Part shown: positions 18,769-27,912 of the stretch, in pieces
Position numbering within the stretch: position 1 is the first letter of the stretch
How the letters are laid out: each line of letters begins with the position of its first letter
From: an uncultured archaeon
Lineage (GTDB): Archaea; Asgardarchaeota; Heimdallarchaeia; Heimdallarchaeales; Heimdallarchaeaceae
NCBI GenBank assembly: GCA_964534625.1
Contig: CAZHRF010000002.1
Location: 54,723-118,722 of the forward strand
Direction of reading: 5' to 3'
DNA length: 64,000 bases
Position numbers and translations under genes: made by a program
The notes under the pieces: model-generated
What the model was told of the DNA's origin: nothing
Database searches by the model: none
Seen by the model: only the letters and a program-made list of their open reading frames with translations

Positions 18769-21700
18769 TTATCTTCTTCGAGGCGGTCTGCTACGATATT
18801 CATTATACATTGTGAGAATATTTAAAACCATATTCTCATTAACAGACATAATAAGTACTAGATCGCCTGATTTTGTCCTATGACCAATAAACCCTTGTTC
18901 TCCGCCATCACGAATTCCTATCATGACTGGTGCATCTGGGAAATCATTAACAACAATTGTTCCTCTATCTTTAGGCTTGTTGAGTATTTCCGTTAAATTA
19001 GGACTGAGTTTATCTTTATCTGTATATACCTCTAGTCTCCCAGTAAATGTTCCAATCCATTTTTCATCTGCCCAACTGAATTCAGGTGCAATGATATTTG
19101 CTTTGGTTTTTACATCTTTTAACATCCCCATCATAGATGCTGTTACTTCTTTTTCTCCTGAAATTATCCATGTGTCTTCTACGGGTTTGGGTTCAATTCC
19201 TCCACCCAAAGAGAGAACTTGTTTCATTAAAACCATTGATTCATCTATTGCATCTAGGGTTGAACCAATTCTGTTCGGGATGTTTTGGAGTTCTTTTTTA
19301 ACATTGGTTTCGAGTTTAGTTACCTCACCTTGTGATGTTTTAACAAACTGTTCTTTATGAGTCATTAATGAGTTAACATAGGTCTTTTGATCTTTTTTGA
19401 CTTCCGTAACCTCTTTTACCAACGTATCTAATTGCTCTGTTTCGGTTACATGCATCTCTTTTGCATATTCATGTGCTAATTTTTCGAACGATTTAAGATC
19501 TTTTGTTACATTAGTTTTAACTGTTCCAGTAGCATCCAGTAATGTATCTCTTGTTCCTTGAATATTTGTGACTAATGAACTTGAGTTGGTGTCTGATGCT
19601 GTTACGAGGCTTGATGTTTGATGTTGTACATTTAATCCAAAGTCGTTTATTGTTTTCTCAAATATTTCGTCTAGGCTTGTCTTTGTTTCTTCAAGATTTT
19701 GTGCTTTTGTTGAGTAAGTTCCATCTAAATCTTTCTTAACTTTCTCTATAACTTGATTTAAGATAGACTGAATTTGTTCTTGATATTGAATCAAATTTTC
19801 TTTTGTACTACTCATGTAAGCTTTGTGCTCTTCTTCGAAATTATTTGGATAGCTCTTAATTAGATTATCAAGTTCCGTCTCAATTTTTTCTGTCTCTTTA
19901 TCTAAAAGTGATGATTTTTCAGGTCCAATTGATATTTCTGCCATGATTTCTTCAGAATCAGTTGAGAAAACTTCCTTTTGTTCTTTGATAAGCGTGCTTA
20001 TATCCTGTGATACTCTCTCTGTATGCTGTGAGAACTGGTTTGACGCCTTATCAAGAGTGACAGAAATGTCTTCATCTAATGCTTTTTTAGCATTGTCTAG
20101 TTCATTTTCCAAGGATTCCATTGTGCTGTCCATTGACGAAGTTAAGTCTGTTACAAGAATTGAATGTTCATCAATTTTTGTTTTAATAGTTTCTTCAATC
20201 GATGCAGATACATTTTGTGTACTGTTCTTAATAATACCCAAAATTTGTTCTTTTTCTGTTTTCAAGCTATTTATACCTGTCTCAACCTTTTCTTTTATTT
20301 CTACCTTCTTAGCTTCAACCATTTCGTTAGTCTTAGCTTTACTCTGTGTAATCTTCCCGTCTATTTCTTGAGTGGCTTTTTCAATTGCTGAATTGAGAAG
20401 TGAAACCCCTTTCTTGTTTAGAGATTTATTGGCTTTTGAAAGTTCAGTTGATACTTCTGTCATATTACCAGAAACAGATTGATTGAATGTATCTATTTGT
20501 GTTTTAATTGTCTCTAAAAGCCCTTTTACCGCTTTTTGTTCACCTTTAATTAGTTTCGTATTTTCTTTTGAAACTAGATTAATGATCTCTTTTCCATCCT
20601 TATTTAATTCAGTGAAGAATGTTTTAATGTCTTCAGACTCGGCAAGACTTCCCACAGCTTCGATTACATTATTAGTTGAAGATTCTAATTGTGAATATGA
20701 TTCTTTTACCGCTTCTTCATCACGACCAATTAACTCTTTCATTTTTGTTGTGTGTGTTTCTTGTATCTGATTGAAAGATTCAGAATATTCATCATAAGCC
20801 TTGTTTATGTGCGTTTTCATACTTTTTAATGTGTGATTAAACGATTGATCAAGTTCGGTTTCTGATTTTGTAACAACTTTTCCTAATTCTTGTATAGCTG
20901 CATCCTTTTTTTCTGTCAAATCATCTAGGTGTTTATTCATATTTTGGAACACATTAGACGTAATAGCCTCTTTATTTGCCATTAGAGTACTTAATATACT
21001 TGTCATTTTTTGATTAGTTTCTCTTTCTATTAGTTGATACTCAGAACGGAGTATTTCATATTTGTCTCCAAATAGCTCTGCGTCTTCTTTTTCCATAACC
21101 GTTTTAAGGGCGTTCTGAACTTTTTTATCAGTATAATCAAAAGAATCAAAGACTGATAGAACATCATTCAACTTTTCTAGAAAACGCTTCATTTTGTTTT
21201 CTAACTCATTTAATCGGTCCATCGTTGCTTGATAACTCAATTCAACAGTATTTGGAACATCATCTCTGACATCTCTCCCTTCTTTTAGAAATTCATCTAT
21301 GATCAAAGAGTAATTCTGAACATATTCTTCTTCTTTTTCTCGTATTTTTTGTTTGATGTTTTCACTATTAGAAGAAATATTATTAGAAATATCAGAAATA
21401 ACGGATGTCTTTAGTTCAGTTAAGTTATTTTGGAAATTATTCTTAAAGTCTTCATGAATATTGTCAAAGTTCTCTAATTCGGTTTCAACAAGAGAGGTAT
21501 ATCCTTCAACTTTTTCTGCCAGCGCTTGAATATTTTGCTTTCCCATTTCATTGAAAGATGAAGAAGCATCCAATAATACTTTAAATAGGGCTGTTTGTTT
21601 TTCTTTTATCTTTTCATCCATTGCATTAGAATAAGAGGTGCTGATTTTTTCAATGCTAGAAATTGATTGATTTTGTTTTTCGATAATATCTGATTTGGCT

Positions 21701-23238
21701 TTCCCAAGGTTGGCTTTATTTTTATCAATAGATTGTGCTAGTGTCGAAGTAAAACTCTCTTGTAAGTCTAAAACTTTTTTCTCAGTTGTTTGCAACGTTT
21801 CGCTTGAAGCTTGTTTAAACGATTCTAGTCCTGTGTTCAAGTTTTCTATTATTCCTGAATTAAGATTATCTATATCGGTAAATACATTGGTAATATACGC
21901 AGTAATGAATTCTTCAAGAGTATTATTTAATTCCATTATATTATTACTAAGTGTTGTAACAGATTTATTCAAACCCTTCTCTAATTCATTTACTCCCTTA
22001 GTTAAACCCTCTTTTAGCATATCCAACAGATTATCACTATTCGTCTTGAAATCCTCTAAATAACCACTTAGGGATACTGTGAGTTCATTTTTCATTGACA
22101 CAGATTTTGTCTTAGTATCGGTAATTATACTTCCCAGACTCTTAACAGCCATGTCCTTTGTTCTATTTACAAGTTCTACAAAATTAGTTTCGTTTTCTTT
22201 GAGTCTTTCAACTGCTATATTTTTTGATTTTTCGATACTTGATTCAATTCTTGTGGTTGTCTGTATTTCAAGATTTTTTAATTCATCATTTAATGATGAA
22301 AGGATCTCTTTAACGTTTTGTTGATATTGCTTTATTTGTTGTTTATAATTTTCAACTGTCGTATTTATTGTCTGTTGTGCTAATGTTTTCGCTTCTTTCC
22401 CAACTCTCTCTGAATCTAACTTTAATTCATTAAATGTGTCATTTGTATTTTCTTGTATTAGATCTTTCTTTTCATTAAATAAAGTATTATATTCTTCTTG
22501 AAGTGTTTGAATCTTTGTTTGTATTTCATCTATCTTTTGTTTGATATCCGACAATTCCGAATGAACTCTTTCTTTATGCTTTTCTTCGATTTCAGTATAT
22601 GTACTTTCTATTTTCGTTTTAAAATTTTCATGAAAGGCTCCTATTTTTGTAATAGTGGTATCAAAGCTTTTCGTTGTATTTTCATCCATTCTTTGAATTG
22701 ACTTGTTGAAGGTTTCTATGTTAGTTGATAGCAGAGACGAACTTTCTTCCAATAATTTGTTTTTAATCTCCGTAATTCTTTGTTTATTTTCATCGATTGT
22801 AGATGAAATATTATCCAAGTAGCTCTTAGTATGCTTTTTAACTTCTGATGCGTGTTTATCTGAGTTTGTAATAATTGCATTATTGAGATTGTTCAAATTA
22901 CTGGAAAGTGTATCTATAGTTCTCTTCCATTCATCTAAAACTCCATCACTTGTTTTTCTCAGTTCATTCTTTAAACGCAATGAAACATCTTCAGTTAGCT
23001 TTATTTGAGGAGGGAGGGGAATATAATAGGGTGTCGCTTGTTGATTCTCTGCCTTGATCTCTTTTATATATCCACGCTCTATCAAACTCTTTAACGCGCC
23101 CATAATCACATCAGAAGATTGATCATAATAAACTTGGATTTGACCAAGTGTTCGGTAACCAAATTGAATAATTGTCGAATATACTTGTATTTCTTCTTCT
23201 TTTAAACCAAGATCTTTTAGTGTTGCATCTAATTCCAT
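18769..23238 (-). CDS. Giant TrmB-like protein: N-terminal wHTH, about 1270-aa hendecad coiled coil, C-terminal TrmB effector/PLD-like domain
   Basis: N-terminus LKDLGLKEEEIQVY...LKSLIERGYIKEI...YYIPLPP is TrmB-type wHTH. C-terminus TWIISGEKEV...ANIIAP...IGIRDG resembles the TrmB C-domain. The middle shows 11-residue periodicity. Confidence 0.8.
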   Translation of the reverse strand: MELDATLKDLGLKEEEIQVYSTIIQFGYRTLGQIQVYYDQSSDVIMGALKSLIERGYIKEIKAENQQATPYYIPLPPQIKLTEDVSLRLKNELRKTSDGVLDEWKRTIDTLSSNLNNLNNAIITNSDKHASEVKKHTKSYLDNISSTIDENKQRITEIKNKLLEESSSLLSTNIETFNKSIQRMDENTTKSFDTTITKIGAFHENFKTKIESTYTEIEEKHKERVHSELSDIKQKIDEIQTKIQTLQEEYNTLFNEKKDLIQENTNDTFNELKLDSERVGKEAKTLAQQTINTTVENYKQQIKQYQQNVKEILSSLNDELKNLEIQTTTRIESSIEKSKNIAVERLKENETNFVELVNRTKDMAVKSLGSIITDTKTKSVSMKNELTVSLSGYLEDFKTNSDNLLDMLKEGLTKGVNELEKGLNKSVTTLSNNIMELNNTLEEFITAYITNVFTDIDNLNSGIIENLNTGLESFKQASSETLQTTEKKVLDLQESFTSTLAQSIDKNKANLGKAKSDIIEKQNQSISSIEKISTSYSNAMDEKIKEKQTALFKVLLDASSSFNEMGKQNIQALAEKVEGYTSLVETELENFDNIHEDFKNNFQNNLTELKTSVISDISNNISSNSENIKQKIREKEEEYVQNYSLIIDEFLKEGRDVRDDVPNTVELSYQATMDRLNELENKMKRFLEKLNDVLSVFDSFDYTDKKVQNALKTVMEKEDAELFGDKYEILRSEYQLIERETNQKMTSILSTLMANKEAITSNVFQNMNKHLDDLTEKKDAAIQELGKVVTKSETELDQSFNHTLKSMKTHINKAYDEYSESFNQIQETHTTKMKELIGRDEEAVKESYSQLESSTNNVIEAVGSLAESEDIKTFFTELNKDGKEIINLVSKENTKLIKGEQKAVKGLLETIKTQIDTFNQSVSGNMTEVSTELSKANKSLNKKGVSLLNSAIEKATQEIDGKITQSKAKTNEMVEAKKVEIKEKVETGINSLKTEKEQILGIIKNSTQNVSASIEETIKTKIDEHSILVTDLTSSMDSTMESLENELDNAKKALDEDISVTLDKASNQFSQHTERVSQDISTLIKEQKEVFSTDSEEIMAEISIGPEKSSLLDKETEKIETELDNLIKSYPNNFEEEHKAYMSSTKENLIQYQEQIQSILNQVIEKVKKDLDGTYSTKAQNLEETKTSLDEIFEKTINDFGLNVQHQTSSLVTASDTNSSSLVTNIQGTRDTLLDATGTVKTNVTKDLKSFEKLAHEYAKEMHVTETEQLDTLVKEVTEVKKDQKTYVNSLMTHKEQFVKTSQGEVTKLETNVKKELQNIPNRIGSTLDAIDESMVLMKQVLSLGGGIEPKPVEDTWIISGEKEVTASMMGMLKDVKTKANIIAPEFSWADEKWIGTFTGRLEVYTDKDKLSPNLTEILNKPKDRGTIVVNDFPDAPVMIGIRDGGEQGFIGHRTKSGDLVLIMSVNENMVLNILTMYNEYRSRPPRRR

Positions 23239-23251
23239 TTTATAACCTCTT

Positions 23252-24691
23252 CTACTCTAATTCTTCAATTTTTTCAGTTAATTTGTCAATCTTATTAGTA
23301 ATATCATTCTTTGATTTTACAATATTCTTAGCATTTTCTTGTACGTCATTCGCTTCTTTTTCAAGTTCAGAAAGACCTGTAGACTGTGTTGAACCAATAG
23401 TATCTTTTGCTTGTCCAATGTCATTTTTAATCTGCTTGACTGAAAGTTCTTTAGTTTTTGTTATGTCTTTGTTAATCGATTGTTGTGTATTATTTATTTC
23501 TTCTAGAAGTCTTTCATCGATTTGGGTTAAATTGTTATCAATTGTAGTAGTCTTGTCTTCACTCTGTTGTTTAAATTGTTCTTTATTTTGATCAATTGAG
23601 GTAAGTATATTTTTTACTTCTTTCTGAACCCGTTTTTGTTCTTCATTTATTGTACTTTTAACTTCATCCTTCATTTTTTCTGATTGTTCTTCGAAACTCT
23701 TTAAAGTTGTATTAAAATCTGTTTCTAACCCACTTTCAATCTCTTTAAGTTCTATTTCATTTGCTGTTAAAGCATCTTGAGTTATCTCATCAAAAAGATT
23801 GAACATAGAGTTTTTTTCTTCATCAAAATTATTAAGAATGACAGAATTTATATCCAGCATACCTGTTTCGTATTCAGCTAAGGTTTCTTGTATCTTAGAT
23901 ATTTCATTGATGAGATATTTATCCATTGTTGTATTAATATCTGATAACTCACTTTGGATTCTTTGTACAGCATTAGAAACCATTAGTTGTAACTCATCCT
24001 TTATTTTACCAAAACTATCAAAAACGGCTTCCATGTTATTTGTGAGTTTGTCACGATATTCAGAACGAAGGTGATCAATAGACTTGTCGATTAAATCTTC
24101 ATTAACTTGCATACTTTTGTCAAGCTGATCACGTAATTTTTGGGTATTAGTTTGCATAGTTTCAACATTAGTTTCTCGTCTGTCTTTTATAGAACCTATA
24201 GTACCATCAATCGTTTTCCTTAATGCATTGACTTGTTTATTTGCAAATAATTCAAACTTTTGGCTATGTGTCCCAAGTGTCTTCACTATCCTTTCATCAA
24301 AGGATTTAGATACATTCGAGAAGTCCTTACTACCTGTATTCAATAAATCAATATATTCGTGTTGCAATTCTTGGAGTTTATCCTTAATTGATTTGATCTC
24401 TTTGTTTATGGTACCCTTATTCTTCTCCGACCACGAATTGGTTTGTTCAATCGCTGTCTCTGAAATTTTATTGATTTGGGTTTTGGCTTTATTTTCTACT
24501 TCTGTTTGAATAGTCGTGACTTTATTTTCCATCTCAATAAATTTTGATTGAATAAGGTTTGACATTTCTTTATAATGCAGTTCTAAGGACTGCAAATTTC
24601 CTAAAGATTCTTTAAAAATGGTTAATTCGCTTCCTATCTCTTCAAGTTTCTTTTTTGCTTTTTCTATATCCTTGGCAATTTTTTCTGACAT
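23252..24691 (-). CDS. All-helical hendecad coiled-coil protein (479 aa)
   Basis: No prolines and continuous 11-residue amphipathic repeats. GGTGA SD precedes the start. Ends 13 bp before the giant gene. Confidence 0.85.
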   Translation of the reverse strand: MSEKIAKDIEKAKKKLEEIGSELTIFKESLGNLQSLELHYKEMSNLIQSKFIEMENKVTTIQTEVENKAKTQINKISETAIEQTNSWSEKNKGTINKEIKSIKDKLQELQHEYIDLLNTGSKDFSNVSKSFDERIVKTLGTHSQKFELFANKQVNALRKTIDGTIGSIKDRRETNVETMQTNTQKLRDQLDKSMQVNEDLIDKSIDHLRSEYRDKLTNNMEAVFDSFGKIKDELQLMVSNAVQRIQSELSDINTTMDKYLINEISKIQETLAEYETGMLDINSVILNNFDEEKNSMFNLFDEITQDALTANEIELKEIESGLETDFNTTLKSFEEQSEKMKDEVKSTINEEQKRVQKEVKNILTSIDQNKEQFKQQSEDKTTTIDNNLTQIDERLLEEINNTQQSINKDITKTKELSVKQIKNDIGQAKDTIGSTQSTGLSELEKEANDVQENAKNIVKSKNDITNKIDKLTEKIEELE

Positions 24692-24702
24692 TTTTTTTCA
24701 CC

Positions 24703-26472
24703 TTAAAAATCTAATTCTTTCTCTAAATCCAAATCTTCGATTGAAACTTTTTCAACTTTATCTGGTTCTATCTCAGGTAATGAATCTATTGCTATTTGTT
24801 CTTTTTGATATTTGGTTGACTGGAAGTATTCATGGTGAACTGGATGTTCTTTAAACACTTTCATTGTCTTTTGTCTAATTTTTTCGAATTGATTGCTATC
24901 ACCAATCGCTTTATAACAATCGATACAAGATTTATAATATGCTCGGATGGCATATCCCGATTTTTTAACGTTTAAAGAGGAGGCTAGTTTTTCAAATTGA
25001 TCAGCTGCTCTCCTATATGATCTTTCTGCTTTTGTTTCTTCATCCACATCAGCATAATATTTTGCCGATTTTACATATAATTTAGCAGCAAATTTATAGT
25101 TTTTTTCTTCAAAGTCTCTAGCTATTTCCTCACATGTATTTCCTGCTTGATCATAATCATTTACACTTTCTAATTTCTCAGCATTCAGTAAGGTAAGTTT
25201 GTATGCTTTATAGAACATTTCATTAGAAATGCATAAAGAAATAATATGATGTAGTTTCTTAGCTACAGCAAAATAGCATAGTGGGTCTTTAACTTTCTTT
25301 ATATAATCGCTTAATAATTCTATCTCAGTATTACTTGGAGCAATCTTGTTTTCTAAGTTTGCTATTATCTTATTGATACTGTGAATAAGTGTGGGAAGTG
25401 GAATGTAAAGTTTTGATCGTAGGTTAATTGAATTTAATAAGGCGTTGTTTTGGAGTCTAGCAAAAGAATCACCAATCCATAAGATGTCTTTTTCCTTAAG
25501 TTCGTTTACTCCCTCTTTAGAAGTGTTTTTGATTAAACTTTTTAAGGGAAATAAGTTTTCATTATAAGTTGCTATCTCCTCCAAAACTTCCTCTTCTTTA
25601 TCTGTCATATCCATTAATTTAGATAAATTACGTTCAACAAAGTCATTAATAGTAAGTCCTTTATCAACAAATCCTATGCCTAACATTAAATCAAAATGGG
25701 TCTTTGTACTATTAGTGATTATATCTAAAAGACCTTTATTTACTAACATGGGCGCTTTTCTTCTTAAAAATATCTCTGCTTCAGAGGATGACAATGCTTC
25801 AATTTTTAAGATCTCAGAATTATTTGTTAAATAAGAATTGTAATCAAATTCGGGTAAATATTGTTCTGAAAATGCACTCGTCACTAGTATATTAAGTTCT
25901 TTTTTACTAATTTCATGTATAATTTGTGCAAATATAGGATAAAATTGATTCAAATTTAGAAGCTTAAAAGTCTCAAGATTGTCTATCGTAAAATAGAGTT
26001 TAGTTTTTGTTTCCTCAAGTTTTTCGTTGATTTTTTCTAGTTTTTTCATGAATTCTGATGTATAAAAATCTGCAAAACTTATTGAATCCGGTAATTTTGG
26101 ATTGTCAAGGAGGCTAGGTAAATCATCACCTGGCTTTTTTTTGCGGAGTTTTTCAAAGAAACCTCTCCATTCTGGAGCAAGCTCATCAGCCTTATTTAAC
26201 CACAACTTAAAAAAATCCGCCATTTTTTGTTTTTCAGGAAGTAATTCAAAGTAAAACCTCTCTTCTTTCCTTCCAATGATGGATGAATTAAATTTATGCA
26301 ATAAGGAAGATTTACCTGTTCCAGCATCTCCAAGGACTAATAAACATCTTTTAGGCGTTTCTTTTAGCTTAAAAGCATTCTTAAATTTTTCAAAACGGTT
26401 AACTATATCAATAAAACCAATAAACTCTTCTGGTGTTGCTGCATATAGAAATTGATTTTGTAACTGTTCCAT
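24703..26472 (-). CDS. STAND-like P-loop NTPase with C-terminal TPR/alpha-SNAP-like repeats
   Basis: Walker A GDAGTGKS, Walker B LYFTIDNLE, helical/wHTH middle, C-terminal Ala/Tyr-rich helical repeats (AAKLYVKSAKYY, AERSYRRAADQFEKLA). Confidence 0.75.
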   Translation of the reverse strand: MEQLQNQFLYAATPEEFIGFIDIVNRFEKFKNAFKLKETPKRCLLVLGDAGTGKSSLLHKFNSSIIGRKEERFYFELLPEKQKMADFFKLWLNKADELAPEWRGFFEKLRKKKPGDDLPSLLDNPKLPDSISFADFYTSEFMKKLEKINEKLEETKTKLYFTIDNLETFKLLNLNQFYPIFAQIIHEISKKELNILVTSAFSEQYLPEFDYNSYLTNNSEILKIEALSSSEAEIFLRRKAPMLVNKGLLDIITNSTKTHFDLMLGIGFVDKGLTINDFVERNLSKLMDMTDKEEEVLEEIATYNENLFPLKSLIKNTSKEGVNELKEKDILWIGDSFARLQNNALLNSINLRSKLYIPLPTLIHSINKIIANLENKIAPSNTEIELLSDYIKKVKDPLCYFAVAKKLHHIISLCISNEMFYKAYKLTLLNAEKLESVNDYDQAGNTCEEIARDFEEKNYKFAAKLYVKSAKYYADVDEETKAERSYRRAADQFEKLASSLNVKKSGYAIRAYYKSCIDCYKAIGDSNQFEKIRQKTMKVFKEHPVHHEYFQSTKYQKEQIAIDSLPEIEPDKVEKVSIEDLDLEKELDF

Positions 26473-26685
26473 TGGTATCCCTACTTTCTTCTCTTCTTTT
26501 TATTTCATTACACTAGTTAATAAAATATGCGAATGTATCGCATGAAATAACTTAGACTCATGAGTTATTAATCTATTTGCCTATTTTATTGATTCTTCCT
26601 GAATTATGGTTGAAATTCTACTGAAAGAATAATTATTAACATATAATAATAATGTTTTATCATTGAAAAATATTATCCTTTTAGT

Positions 26686-26795
26686 TAGTACTTCCGAAAT
26701 AGTGTTCTACTGCTATTCTTTCAGTAACCAAATAAAGCAAAGATTCGTTTTAAATCGATAAAGTCTTTAATCTTTATTTTAATTCGGAAGTACTA
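26686..26795. mobile_element. MITE-like element, copy 1 (perfect 13-bp TIR)
   Basis: tagtacttccgaa (26686-26698) and ttcggaagtacta (26783-26795). Confidence 0.65.
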
Positions 26796-26967
26796 TTTAG
26801 TATAATAACTGGACAAAAAAAGGAATTTTATCTTTAAATAATATCTAAAATTCTTCAATAACTGTTTAATAATTTTGAACGCTTATTCATATACAAAGAT
26901 AAAAATAATCAGTTGCTTTACATGACATAGGTTAAGCAGTCACTAATTTAAAGCCACGGTGTAAATA

Positions 26968-27912
26968 ATGAGTAGTAAACAAAGTGCTGACTTGGATTAT
27001 TACCAACAGTCCGGTACTATTTTGAAACAGGCAATGAAACTTGCTTTAAATATAACAAAACCAGGAGAAAAAGTTTACGATATAGCTGAAGCGGTTGAAA
27101 AATTAATAATTAAAGAAGGAGGGTGGCCAGCTTTTCCTGTAAATGTATCCACTAATGAAGAAGCAGCGCATTATTCCCCGGTAATTTATGATGATAAAGT
27201 AATCCCTAAAAATTCAGTTGTAAAAATAGATCTTGGTGTATCTTATAAGGGTTTTTTAACGGATTGCGCGAGAACATGTGTTTTTGATGATACTTATGTT
27301 GAAATGTACGAAATAGCTAAAAGGGCTTTAGATAAAGCATTAAATCTAATAAGTAATGCAGTAAGTGTATATGATTTAGGCAAAGAAGTGGAAATTTATG
27401 TAAAAGAAGCAGGTTATAAAACAATCAGTAATCTGTCTGGTCATTCCCTAGGTAGATATAATTTGCACTCTGGTGTTAGCATACCAAGCACGGATGTTCC
27501 TGCTATGCATAGGCATTCAGATCAATTCTTTATCTTAGGTAAAGCTTATGCTGTGGAGCCTTTTGTAACAGATGGAAAAGGGAAAGTGAAAAATGGCAAG
27601 GATATGACTATTTTTAGACAATATAATACAATTAAAACAAAAAAATTATCCATAAGTGTTAGGGAGATTTATTTAACTATAAAAAATGAATATTTTGGTT
27701 TACCCTTCTCTCCCAGATGGTTGTATAACAAAGGATATAGTATAAACTCAATAGATAATGCAATAAATGTATTAATGAATAAACGAGTTCTCCACGGATA
27801 CGCCGTATTAATGGAGATGAAAGGTAGACAAGTAACACAAGCCGAAGATAGTGTCTTTTTAACGGAAGCAGGTCTAGTGAATTTGACTCGAGAGAGTTCT
27901 AATTTTGAATAA
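26968..27912 (+). CDS. map: Methionine aminopeptidase type II
   Basis: PAFPVNVS, AAHYSP, KIDLGV, DCART, NLSGHSL, AVEPF, helical insert with LPFSPRW, QAED. Confidence 0.93.
   Translation: MSSKQSADLDYYQQSGTILKQAMKLALNITKPGEKVYDIAEAVEKLIIKEGGWPAFPVNVSTNEEAAHYSPVIYDDKVIPKNSVVKIDLGVSYKGFLTDCARTCVFDDTYVEMYEIAKRALDKALNLISNAVSVYDLGKEVEIYVKEAGYKTISNLSGHSLGRYNLHSGVSIPSTDVPAMHRHSDQFFILGKAYAVEPFVTDGKGKVKNGKDMTIFRQYNTIKTKKLSISVREIYLTIKNEYFGLPFSPRWLYNKGYSINSIDNAINVLMNKRVLHGYAVLMEMKGRQVTQAEDSVFLTEAGLVNLTRESSNFE

Noticed and set aside
18769-24691. SMC/Rad50 or phage tape-measure assignment for the long helical proteins
   Set aside because: There are no Walker A/B or signature motifs, no hinge or zinc hook, and no phage structural, terminase or integrase genes nearby.
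18923-24854. Numerous plus-strand ORFs of 60-145 aa
   Set aside because: They are antisense shadows of the long minus-strand genes, Ser/Leu/Phe-rich as expected from reverse-complemented Glu/Lys codons.
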